Assembly (NCBI GenBank): GCA_018383835.1
Contig: JAHAWR010000004.1
Coordinates: 1 to 33,294 of the forward strand
Reading direction: 5' to 3'
Length of the DNA stretch: 33,294 nt
Source of the DNA: Candidatus Jordarchaeia archaeon
Lineage (GTDB): Archaea > Asgardarchaeota > Jordiarchaeia > Jordiarchaeales > Freyrarchaeaceae
Part shown: in pieces, positions 25,467 to 33,294 of the stretch
Numbering within the stretch: the first letter of the stretch is position 1
Layout: the number at the start of each line of letters is the position of its first letter
Translations under genes and position numbers: made by a program
The notes under the pieces: model-generated
Database searches by the model: none
What the model was told of the DNA's origin: nothing
What the model saw: only the letters and a program-made list of their open reading frames with translations

Positions 25467-26867
25467 TTACTCCACCGGCATCAGCCTTGCCTTGACGTAC
25501 CCCTCAGTCTCGCCCATGGTCAAAACGTAAATTCTCGTTGGAGGATTTACGCCTTGGATTAGCGTTACGCTGTTAACGCTTTCCAGCTTGAAGTGTGCGT
25601 CCGACATGTGGAACAGTGCTTCTCTGCACAACTGCCCATGCTTGGCTACTAGTATCAGTGTGTACCCCCTCGACCTAGAAGCGGCAACCACCCTGCTGAT
25701 CATCCTGACGGCCGCGTCGGCCCCGTAAACATGCTCCAATGTGTCCGTTCCTATGAACATTATGAGATCCTTTGAAGAGTGTTCTTTAGAGATGGAATCG
25801 GCGATGCCAAGCAGCCTTTCAGCGTCCTTGACAGGGTCTTCTCCCTCGACTAAGTAGGCGTTTTCGCCTCCTTTTCCCGCAAACTCAATGGTGTGGATAA
25901 AGTTCTCCAAGTTTTTCTCCTTGAAGAAGGGCTTAAAGGAATTCTCTACATCAAAGTGGGAGAACCCGGTGGAAGGTACAAATACTGCCGGGCACCCCTG
26001 CATCACGGCGTTAAGCACTGGTAGTATTACAATCCACCTGTAGTATACACCCACGCCGACGCTGACGTCAAGGACGATTACTCCCCCCCTCCTTAGTCCT
26101 CCACCCAGCACCTCATCCAGCTCATCAATGTTAGTCGGGATGACTCTCCCACTTATCTTCTTGACGGGCGGTGGGCTAGCCTTCTCACCCAGCTCGTAAT
26201 GGCGTGGCTCAATAAGCCTGAACAAACCGTCCTTAAGCGTGAAGCACCTCACAGGGAACGCTATCCTCTCCCCTCTAACCTTCTCGAAAACAGCTTCCCT
26301 GAGGAAAAACCCTCCAACCAGCCTCCAGCGCAGAACAACCACTCCATCCACAACATAGTCCAGCGGCGTGCCTCCAGAGGTCTCAGCCACGAAGACCACG
26401 CTTGACCTGGTTGCCTCAGCCATTTCAAGCAACAGCTTCTCCAACTGAATGTCCTCGTAAGGCATGTTCAGGACGAACTTCAAAGCATCCAAGCTGTCGA
26501 TCACAACAATCCTCGGCTCTCCACCATCTTTAAGCTTAAAATAAACTGCCTCAACGAATTCGGGAGCACTGGCATACTTCAGGGGGAGCCTCCCCTCAAC
26601 CGGGGGAATTCTCGGAGACCTCGCATCAACAAAGTTCTCGTCGCCAAGGAACCCCCTAGCCCAAGGAAAATGCCTGTAGAAGGACTCCTGGGAGAGTCTA
26701 GTCGACACGTAAACCGGAGTGCCACCGGAAAACTCTTCAAGAACGGATAGAGCGAAAGAAGTTTTCCCGCTCCCAGCCATCCCCTTCACAAGTAGGGAGC
26801 CACCATATTCAATCAGACTCTTAATTTCATCTGGGACGCGCCTACAGTAAGCCACGGAACTCACCAC
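25467..26867 (-). CDS. Two-domain KaiC/RecA-superfamily ATPase (COG0467-like); the second domain has a degenerate P-loop
   Basis: Domain 1 has Walker A GMAGSGKT and Walker B RIVVIDSLDAL. Domain 2 starts with the KaiC-like IPTNIDELDEVLGGGLRRGGVIVL, but DVSVGVGVYY replaces the GxxGxGKT loop. The start codon is GTG. Confidence 0.75.
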   Translation of the reverse strand: MVSSVAYCRRVPDEIKSLIEYGGSLLVKGMAGSGKTSFALSVLEEFSGGTPVYVSTRLSQESFYRHFPWARGFLGDENFVDARSPRIPPVEGRLPLKYASAPEFVEAVYFKLKDGGEPRIVVIDSLDALKFVLNMPYEDIQLEKLLLEMAEATRSSVVFVAETSGGTPLDYVVDGVVVLRWRLVGGFFLREAVFEKVRGERIAFPVRCFTLKDGLFRLIEPRHYELGEKASPPPVKKISGRVIPTNIDELDEVLGGGLRRGGVIVLDVSVGVGVYYRWIVILPVLNAVMQGCPAVFVPSTGFSHFDVENSFKPFFKEKNLENFIHTIEFAGKGGENAYLVEGEDPVKDAERLLGIADSISKEHSSKDLIMFIGTDTLEHVYGADAAVRMISRVVAASRSRGYTLILVAKHGQLCREALFHMSDAHFKLESVNSVTLIQGVNPPTRIYVLTMGETEGYVKARLMPVE

Positions 26868-27025
26868 AGAGGAGAAGCAACATAAAGAGCTTACTTGAAA
26901 CTAGTGTAAAAGGGACTTTAATTTTTTTTGCACGCAAGTAAAAGGAAACAGAAGACTACCGTCTGGATCCATAACATCTATAAGTGTTGAAGTGCACTTT
27001 TTAATTAAAAAATGGAGGAGACGGA

Positions 27026-28336
27026 GTGGTGAGGACTGACGAGAGCTACGAGAAGCTGATGTTCGACTACGTGAAAAACATATGCGAGGAGTTTGGTCCG
27101 CGCGAGCACTGCTCCCCAGCCGAAGTTGAAGCACTGAAGAAGACTGGCAAAATCTTGGAGGAGTACTGTGACTCTGTTGAGGTTGAGGAGTACGAGTGCC
27201 ATCCTCGTGGGTTCTTGGGGTATATAAGGTGGTTCATATGGTTCTATGTTGCCGCCCTGCTCCTCTACTGGACAGACTGGGCTTGGTGGCTTGGCGTGAA
27301 TCCCGCCTCCCTCTGGTTCCTGTCGATTCTCGGAGCCGCCATGATCGCCTTCGCCTTTACGGTGCTCTTCCTCCAGCTAATGTACTTGGCAGAGTTCGTG
27401 GACCCGGTCTTCCCGAAGAAACGTTCCCTTAACGTGGTTGGAAAGTTGAAACCTGAGGGGAAGGCTGAACGCCTCGTAATACTTGGGGGGCACGTAGACT
27501 CGGCATACGAGTTCACTCTATCAAGCAAGTTTGGGCGAGGGTCATACGTCATAATGGTTGCGGGAATCGTTGCGTCAGCCTCTCTGATGGTGATGGCAGC
27601 CCTAAAGTTCATAGGCGTCCTGCTGATGGGCTACCCTGCCCCCTCCTGGCCGACGCCAATACCTGCCCTAAACACCATAATCTACCAGTTTTCATCGGTG
27701 CTGAAGGCGGCTTTCGGCGCGTTTGACATTCAGCTTGTGCTCTGGCTGGTCGGGGCGGTCTTCGTCTTCCTCGTCTCCTACTTCTTCGTGAACACGCGGA
27801 GGCTAGCCCTAGGAGCTAACGACGACCTAGCGGGCGTGGCAGCTATAATAGGGGCGGCGAAGTACCTCTCACAGAACAGGCCTAAGAGAACCGAGGTCTG
27901 GATAGTGGCATTCGGGAACGAGGAGAGCATGAGGGGGTCAAAGAGGTTTGTCGAGAAGCACTACAGGGAGTTGGCTGAGAGGAGAGCATACACGGTGAAC
28001 GTCGAGATGGTAGGGTGTGGAAGCCCGCTCGTCGCCTCAACAGCTGAGCCCATGTTCCTAGCCAAGCACTCCCCCGAAGTCTACGAGCTGCTAGCTGAAG
28101 CCGGAAAAGTCGCAGGTATACCCGTTAAGGTCGGAGCGATGCCTTTCGGTGGCACGGATTCAGCCAACTTCTCACGTAAGGGTCTTCCGGCAAGTGCCCT
28201 CCTTAGAATAGGAAAAGAGACCGAGTCACTGTGGCATACACCAAAGGACACGCTCGAAAACGTGGACGCAGGAAAAATAAGGGAAGCTTTAGAAGTGCTG
28301 CTCGAGTTCGTAAATCTAGTCGACAAGAAAAAGTAA
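27026..28336 (+). CDS. Membrane-associated M28 family metallopeptidase
   Basis: The metal-ligand blocks appear in the canonical order: GGHVDSAYE, NDDLAGVAAIIG, FGNEESMRGS, NVEMVG, WHTPKD. Several hydrophobic helices are present. GGAGGAG lies 6-11 nt upstream of the GTG, and an AT-rich box lies at 26998-27012. Confidence 0.8.
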   Translation: MVRTDESYEKLMFDYVKNICEEFGPREHCSPAEVEALKKTGKILEEYCDSVEVEEYECHPRGFLGYIRWFIWFYVAALLLYWTDWAWWLGVNPASLWFLSILGAAMIAFAFTVLFLQLMYLAEFVDPVFPKKRSLNVVGKLKPEGKAERLVILGGHVDSAYEFTLSSKFGRGSYVIMVAGIVASASLMVMAALKFIGVLLMGYPAPSWPTPIPALNTIIYQFSSVLKAAFGAFDIQLVLWLVGAVFVFLVSYFFVNTRRLALGANDDLAGVAAIIGAAKYLSQNRPKRTEVWIVAFGNEESMRGSKRFVEKHYRELAERRAYTVNVEMVGCGSPLVASTAEPMFLAKHSPEVYELLAEAGKVAGIPVKVGAMPFGGTDSANFSRKGLPASALLRIGKETESLWHTPKDTLENVDAGKIREALEVLLEFVNLVDKKK

Positions 28337-28371
28337 TTCCCCCATTTCTTTGTTAATTCCTCCCTTTTTGG

Positions 28372-29175
28372 GTGTCTTGTTTGAAGGTTTACATTGTTGC
28401 TGTAGGCGACGAGATTCTGTCTGGGCGTATTCTGGACTACAACACTCACTGGGTAACTAAACGCCTCTCAGGAATAGGGTTCACCATAGTCGGGGCCTCT
28501 GTTGTTCCAGACGACAAGGGCGAGATAGTCGACGCCGTGAAGAGAGCCCTGTCTAAAGCCGACTTGGTCGTTACGACGGGCGGGCTTGGTCCAACCCCAG
28601 GCGACATAACTCTTGAAGCTATAGCTGAGGCGCTGAACAGTAACCTCGTCCTCAATGAGGAGGCTCTCAGAATGGTTGAAAGGCGCTACAGGGACCTCTA
28701 CGAGCTTGGACACGTCAAGGAGCCGGGGGCGAGAGGCGAAAGAGCAAAGATGGCGCTCCTCCCAGAAGGTGGGAGACCCGTCTTCAACGAGGTGGGCGTG
28801 GCGCCCGGAGTAGTAATCGAGAAGGAGGGCAAGCTCATCGTGTCACTACCAGGCGTCCCATCAGAGATGATGTACCTGCTAGAAAAAGTCATCCCACTCC
28901 TAGAGAAGCCCAAAGCACTGTACAGTAGCATCGAAGACTTCATCGATGAAGGAGACGAGTCACTAATAGCCTCCGCCCTTAGGGAGGTAATGGGCGAGCT
29001 CCCAGACGTATCCATAAAAACCTACCCCTCCGGGTTCTGTGGCAAAGTGAGAATGAAAGTGATAGCATCTACGAAGGCGGAAAGCAGGGAGAAAGCTGAG
29101 GAGAAACTCAGGAGAGCCATAAACCTCCTCAAAGAAAAGGTTGCGAAGCGTAGGGTAGAAGGTTCGCATACATAA
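28372..29175 (+). CDS. CinA-like / MoCF-binding (MoaB-Mog fold) domain protein
   Basis: KVYIVAVGDEILSGRILDYN ... DLVVTTGGLGPTPGDITLEAIAEAL is the CinA N-terminal domain signature. There is no PncC deamidase domain. The TTG at 28381 (LKVYIV) is a likelier start than the GTG at 28372. Confidence 0.75.
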   Translation: MSCLKVYIVAVGDEILSGRILDYNTHWVTKRLSGIGFTIVGASVVPDDKGEIVDAVKRALSKADLVVTTGGLGPTPGDITLEAIAEALNSNLVLNEEALRMVERRYRDLYELGHVKEPGARGERAKMALLPEGGRPVFNEVGVAPGVVIEKEGKLIVSLPGVPSEMMYLLEKVIPLLEKPKALYSSIEDFIDEGDESLIASALREVMGELPDVSIKTYPSGFCGKVRMKVIASTKAESREKAEEKLRRAINLLKEKVAKRRVEGSHT

Positions 29176-29184
29176 CAGGCCAAT

Positions 29185-30062
29185 CTATGTGGGCGGCGTT
29201 GCTGGAAAGTTACGCTTCCACGCCGAAAAGCAGCCCCCACAAGGAACCCTAAGGCGAAGCTCGGAGCTACTCCAAAGGATTATCCGCACCATTTCGAGAA
29301 ACCTTCTCCTGAACGGCAAGTCTCTTGCAACTGACATGTAAAACATGAACAGAAAAATAGCAACAATGACGTTTACGACGGTTACCCCTAAGCACAGGGG
29401 TATGTCCTCTAGAACAATGAATGGAATTAGGAGGAAAACTGTAATAATATACGTGGCCTCCGTGTAGCTGGCGGCCTTAAATGAGCTTCTGCCGCCATCT
29501 TCGGACTTAGTTGACAGGTATTCTAATGACGCCATTGATAAAGCTGCGGCGATGCCGGTAATCAACCACCATAGCAACAGTATGGGTTTCTTGAAGGGCG
29601 AGCGTGAACCGCAAGAGCCCTTATGAGTTCGACGAGCGCATTGTTCAAACACAAAATCATTGAGCTAACATACCTAACATTTCATCATCGATCAACCCGA
29701 CAAGTAGTCCTCATGCTCATCCTCGTCTTCTACGAGCCCTTCGACTCCTCAACGTGCCCAGCCATCTCCCCGTATTTTGCCTTAGCACTACCATCCCTTC
29801 CCTCCATCAGCCTCGTTAAACGTCACCCCGAAAACCCTCACCATGAAGATATACGGTAGCACCCTCAGCATGCTCGGCTTCACCCCCGAGAAGTAAGACT
29901 CCTCCAAAAGCTGTAATGCCTGAACTCGTCCTCCGAAATTCGCCTCAGAAATATCTCTGTTGCGGGATCCCTCACACGCCGGGACAGCGCCTCATGTATT
30001 ATGTGCTCCGTGATCTCTCTCCTAGCTTGAAGCATCACCCTCTCAAATTCTCCGCCAGCCAT
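29185..30062 (-). pseudogene. Shattered VIT1/CCC1-family iron transporter gene with an N-terminal ferritin-like domain
   Basis: Track ORF 29880..30062 reads REITEHIIHEAL...ISEDEFRHYSFW, a ferritin-like ExxE...ExxH pattern. My own translations of the next 230 nt give KPSMLRVLPYIFMVRVFGVTF, RLMEGKDGSAKAKYGEMAG and VEDEDEHEDYLSG in three different frames. ORF 29185..29652 carries GIAAALSMASLEYLSTKSE, the VIT1 TM1 motif. The C-terminus (GVAPSFALGFLVGAAF) is in yet another frame. Confidence 0.6.
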
Positions 30063-30198
30063 TATAACTCACCAACAACACTAAAGCAAAAACACCTCCT
30101 CTTAAACCTCCTCTTCATTCATACCGTAAACATCAACTTCTTAAATCAAGAAAACAAAAAATAAAACGAAAGATGAGAGCGAGGGAGCGTGGTTTAAA

Positions 30199-30696
30199 TT
30201 GTCTATGAGGCCTCTCGGCGCATCGCTACTAGGAATTTTATACATCTTGGTGGGAGTAGCATGCCTAGTCCTCGGGGTTCTTGGCATCCTGTCCCTCGTA
30301 GGTGTCAGCGCAAACTTGTCTTCCGCTGTAACCCTACCGTTCCTGCTAGTGGAAAAGTACAACGTGTCCTCACACTTAGCAGTCCCGTTCGGCGTAACCC
30401 TGCTCCTAGTCCACTTAGTGGCGCACTCGGCAGCTTCGAATGTCGCTGGCAGCGCAGCCCTCTCATTCCTCCTCCTACCGGGAACAGTAATGGCGTTCAC
30501 AGGGGGAGGACTCCTGAAGCTCTTCAACTGGGCGAGAAAGTCTGCCATAGCTTTTTCCGCGGCGGGAATAATCGCTGGAGTCATACTGATTCTGGTGTTC
30601 ATCATAGGAACAATTATCGGATTCTTGCTGGTACTCCTCAGCATACTGGTTCTGTGGTACCTCTCAAAGCCTGAGGTGGAAGGCCTCTTCACGTAA
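30199..30696 (+). CDS. Small multi-pass membrane protein (paralog A)
   Basis: The product is 165 aa and hydrophobic. With the next gene it shares an N-terminal RPxGxxLxxxLYIxxG, a central GLLxLxxWARxxAIxF and a C-terminal ILWYLxKPEVxxxF. Confidence 0.65.
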   Translation: MSMRPLGASLLGILYILVGVACLVLGVLGILSLVGVSANLSSAVTLPFLLVEKYNVSSHLAVPFGVTLLLVHLVAHSAASNVAGSAALSFLLLPGTVMAFTGGGLLKLFNWARKSAIAFSAAGIIAGVILILVFIIGTIIGFLLVLLSILVLWYLSKPEVEGLFT

Positions 30697-30931
30697 CGCC
30701 CAACAAAACGACCAGAAACCCCAACTTTTTCTCGCATCCGCAGCCACTAACCCTTTCATCAAAGCAAAATGGCGAAAACCCAAGACGGCAACAGCAAAGC
30801 TTAAGCTCACAAACCAAAATTAGAGAGCAACTTCGACATTCATCGTAAACCCCAAAAAGCAACACCGAAAAACTTTTAAATGTCCGCCCTAAGCTTTCTG
30901 GGACGAAAAATAATAAGGAGAGTGTTAGAGT

Positions 30932-31306
30932 ATGTCAAGACCAGCTGGCGTAACACTAGTCGCTGCTCTATATATCATAGACGGCATCCTTGCGATTCTA
31001 GCGGGGCTTGCTCTTGCGTTTCTCGTTACAGGTTTCATGGGCATTGGCGGTGGTCTAGGCTTAGCAGCAGGCCTACCGGCAATAATTATAGGCATCATAG
31101 ACCTTATCATCGCATGGGGTTTGCTCTCCCTTAAAGGATGGGCCAGGATACTGGCAATAGTGTTCGCAATCCTCTCATTGCTCGGAGGCATAATGTCACT
31201 GTTCCCACTCTCACTGACATCAATAATAGGCATCATATTGATCATCATAAACATAGTGATACTGTGGTACCTCTTCAAGCCAGAGGTAAAGAGTGCCTTC
31301 CAGTAA
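30932..31306 (+). CDS. Small multi-pass membrane protein (paralog B)
   Basis: The product is 124 aa with the same three conserved blocks as 30199..30696, ending ...IVILWYLFKPEVKSAFQ. Confidence 0.65.
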   Translation: MSRPAGVTLVAALYIIDGILAILAGLALAFLVTGFMGIGGGLGLAAGLPAIIIGIIDLIIAWGLLSLKGWARILAIVFAILSLLGGIMSLFPLSLTSIIGIILIIINIVILWYLFKPEVKSAFQ

Positions 31307-31352
31307 GGAGAAAGAGCATCTAAGAGGTCTATCCAACCTAAAACTATCCTCC

Positions 31353-31368
31353 TTTTTTTTAAAAAAAA
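31353..31368. terminator. T8A8 bidirectional oligo-T terminator between convergent genes
   Basis: TTTTTTTTAAAAAAAA is seen directly. It supplies a T8 run to the plus-strand gene ending at 31306 and to the minus-strand gene ending at 31391. Confidence 0.55.
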
Positions 31369-31390
31369 CATAGCTTTAAGAGTAGTGTTA

Positions 31391-32701
31391 TTATTTCTCC
31401 TCGTAGAAGTCGTTTTTTACTAAGTCCTCTAGACTTTCTCTTCTTCTGATGAGCTTAACTTTTCCATTCGAGATCATGAGGGCTGCTGGTCTGGGGCGTC
31501 CGTTAAACTGTGACATCTGCTCCAGCGTGTAGGCTCCAGTGTCGAGTACAGCTAGGTACTCGCCTACTTTCAAGTTTCGGGGGAGCATTCTATGCTGTCC
31601 CCCTGCTAGGAGTAGGTCTCCGCCGTCGCAAAGGGGGCCTCCGACCATGTATGGCTGGTCGTGCTCCTCCCCTGCCCTGTTAGCTGACACCATGTGAAAG
31701 TACCACTTGTAGCTGAATGCGTCGAGGAGCACGTTGAACCCGGCGTCAACCATAACCCAAGATTCCCCGCCTTTTCTCTTGACGTTCTGTATCTGTGTGA
31801 GGAGGACCGCTGAGTCGCCTACCACATACCTCCCAGGTTCAGCTATCAGGCGGGCGTCGCCTAGCGTTTCATCTAGAACTTTCCTGACCCTCGCCGCTAC
31901 TTCTTGTGGGGGGATTCTGGCGTAGAAGTATTCCGGTAGCCCCTCGATGAGCCCCCTAGCGTAAGGTATGGGTATTCCTCCTCCCATATTGAACTCTGAG
32001 ATTTTGAAGCCGAGGTTTTCCTCGATTCTCCTCGCAGTCATGCTCACCCTGTATGCTCCCTCCTCGAAGACCTTGACTCTCGGCACTTGGGACGCTATGT
32101 GGCAGTGGATGCCGATGGGGTTTACTCCGTCTCCTTTAAGCGCCTCCCTGTAAGCCTCCTCAGCCTCCTCTAGCGTCACGCCGAACTTGGAGAAGGAGGC
32201 AGCTGTCTCGAAGCTTGTATGTGTCCCCGCCAGAACCCCTGAGGAAACCCTGAACGCCACGTTAATCTCTACACCCAGCTCCCTTGCAGCCTGCCTCAGT
32301 CTATCCAGCTCGCACAGTGAATCTAGGTTGACACAGTGCAAGCCCAGCTCTGCTGCCGCACGCAGCTCCCTCATCGTCTTCGCGGCGCCGTTAAACACCA
32401 CCTGATCGGGCCTGAAACCTGCCTTTAGGGCCGCAAAGAGCTCTCCCTCGCTACTCACCTCAACGTTTAAGCCCAAACTTCTTATAAGCCTCAACACCGC
32501 CAGGTTAGAGTTTGCCTTGCTCGCGTAGTAAACATTCTCCCTGCCGAAGGCCGCTGCAACTTCCTCGGCTCTTCTCTTAATGGTCTCTTCCGAGAAAACG
32601 AACAGGGGGGTTCCAAACTCCTCTGCGACCTCCACAAGATCCACGCCGTCAAGGCATAGGCGTCCGTTACTAACGCTCAAGCTCTCGTTAAATAAAAACA
32701 A
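31391..32701 (-). CDS. lysA: PLP-dependent Orn/DAP/Arg decarboxylase family 2 enzyme, most like diaminopimelate decarboxylase
   Basis: The motifs are GTPLFVFSE, YASKANSN (PLP lysine), HCHIASQ, MGGGIPIPY, AEPGRYVVGDS and GGPLCDGGD. The TTG start has GGAGGA about 9 nt upstream. Confidence 0.75.
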   Translation of the reverse strand: MFLFNESLSVSNGRLCLDGVDLVEVAEEFGTPLFVFSEETIKRRAEEVAAAFGRENVYYASKANSNLAVLRLIRSLGLNVEVSSEGELFAALKAGFRPDQVVFNGAAKTMRELRAAAELGLHCVNLDSLCELDRLRQAARELGVEINVAFRVSSGVLAGTHTSFETAASFSKFGVTLEEAEEAYREALKGDGVNPIGIHCHIASQVPRVKVFEEGAYRVSMTARRIEENLGFKISEFNMGGGIPIPYARGLIEGLPEYFYARIPPQEVAARVRKVLDETLGDARLIAEPGRYVVGDSAVLLTQIQNVKRKGGESWVMVDAGFNVLLDAFSYKWYFHMVSANRAGEEHDQPYMVGGPLCDGGDLLLAGGQHRMLPRNLKVGEYLAVLDTGAYTLEQMSQFNGRPRPAALMISNGKVKLIRRRESLEDLVKNDFYEEK

Positions 32702-32793
32702 TGAATTTATCCTCCAAATTGTCGTTTGCTAGAAAACGTTTTTAGTTTGCACATTTTAAACTCTTCTATGAGCAAGGTTCGAGGTTCCTGGAA

Positions 32794-33294
32794 ATGGATC
32801 TCAGAAGGATTTTTGAACCGAAAAACATAGCTGTAGTTGGAGTTTCGAACAACTTCCTGAATCCTGGAACAGTCATCTTCAGAAAGAACCTGCACGAAAT
32901 GGAAGTTAACACGTACGGGGTTAACCCGAAGGGCGGAGTCATAGATGGGCGCGAAATATATCGAAGGGTGAGCGACATACCCGTCGACCTAGACCTAGTC
33001 ATCATAGCTATAAGGGCCGAGTACGTTAACCCTGTGGTCGAGGAATGCGGCGAAGTAGGCGCCGGGGGCGTGGTTGTGGTCTCGGGCGGCTTCGCCGAGG
33101 CAGGGGAATCAGGAGTTGAAAGACAGAAGGAGCTCGCCAGAATAGCACTCAAGTACGACTTGCCGGTTATAGGCCCGAACTGCTTCGGCATATACAGCCC
33201 CCCATACGTTGACACCTTCTTCCTTCCGAGCGAGAGGATGGTCAAGCTCCCGCCCGGTAACATAGCGATAATAAGCCAGTCCGGCGGCTTCATG
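32794..33294 (+). CDS. ADP-forming acetyl-CoA synthetase / CoA-binding (succinyl-CoA-synthetase-like) protein, 5' part, runs off the window
   Basis: This ORF is not in the track because it is open-ended. My own translation from the ATG at 32794 reads MDLRRIFEPKNIAVVGVSNN...VNPKGGVIDGREIYRRVSDIPVDLDLVIIAIRAEYVNPVVEECGEVGAGGVVVVSGGFAEAGESG...LPVIGPNCFGIY...NIAIISQSGGFM, which is the canonical ACD alpha N-terminal pattern. Confidence 0.8.
   Translation, partial: MDLRRIFEPKNIAVVGVSNNFLNPGTVIFRKNLHEMEVNTYGVNPKGGVIDGREIYRRVSDIPVDLDLVIIAIRAEYVNPVVEECGEVGAGGVVVVSGGFAEAGESGVERQKELARIALKYDLPVIGPNCFGIYSPPYVDTFFLPSERMVKLPPGNIAIISQSGGFM

Noticed and set aside
30141-31371. Minus-strand ORFs 30141..30737 (198 aa) and 30925..31371 (148 aa)
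   Set aside because: They are antisense shadows of the two paralogous membrane-protein genes. The plus-strand products are mutually homologous and hydrophobic, whereas the minus-strand products are Arg/Pro/Thr-rich nonsense.
32766-33293. 175-aa minus-strand ORF at the end of the window
   Set aside because: It lies antisense to a plus-strand reading frame with an unmistakable ADP-forming acetyl-CoA synthetase N-terminal pattern. Its own product is low-complexity (Ser/Thr/Pro-rich) with no motif, so it is a shadow ORF.
1-33294. CRISPR arrays, tRNA and rRNA genes
   Set aside because: I scanned the intergenic regions by eye for spaced direct repeats of 24-37 nt, T-loop GGTTCRAATCC-type motifs and rRNA-like conserved blocks, and found none. 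The only tandem repeats are the short AT-rich ones reported at 14151-14187 and 15998-16017.

Overview
This looks like an archaeal chromosomal window, probably from a hyperthermophilic Thermoproteota/Crenarchaeota-like organism. That assignment is inferred from AT-rich TATA-like boxes about 25-35 nt upstream of start codons, GGAGG motifs before internal genes, oligo-T terminators, sequon-rich surface proteins, AGG/AGA arginine codons and marker enzymes; no taxon was identified directly. I support about 25 protein genes. Housekeeping or metabolic genes are a PPOX-like flavoprotein, a 4-oxalocrotonate tautomerase, a SAM methyltransferase, a radical SAM enzyme, an MBL hydrolase, a bona fide 4-hydroxybutyryl-CoA dehydratase with [4Fe-4S] ligands conserved, a YkgJ Cys-cluster protein, an M28 peptidase, a CinA-like protein, a LysA-like decarboxylase and the 5' part of an ADP-forming acetyl-CoA synthetase. 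Envelope genes are a secreted, membrane-anchored penicillin/AHL-acylase-family Ntn hydrolase, a 1317-aa glycoprotein-like surface protein with a cytoplasmic tail, and several orphan membrane proteins. The segment from about 2.6 to 7.2 kb is a decaying accessory island. It holds a frameshifted wHTH-nucleotidyltransferase, an IS607/IS605-type remnant (HTH stub plus tnpB with an in-frame TGA and a RuvC-III D-to-Q change), a Trp-acidic-tailed orphan and a frame-broken HEAT-repeat paralog. A second tnpB fragment lies at the window start and a shattered VIT/CCC1 gene at about 29.2-30.1 kb. I found no rRNA, tRNA or CRISPR array. The best candidates for something new are three: the surface protein, helical protein and half-degenerate KaiC-like ATPase neighbourhood (19.9-26.9 kb); the abfD, tandem Roadblock/longin and V4R string (16.3-19.0 kb); and a roughly 580-bp gene-free gap with promoter-like and terminator-like signals around GC-rich, helix-forming sequence (15.7-16.3 kb). 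All functional links are inferred from reading the sequence, because no searches could be run.
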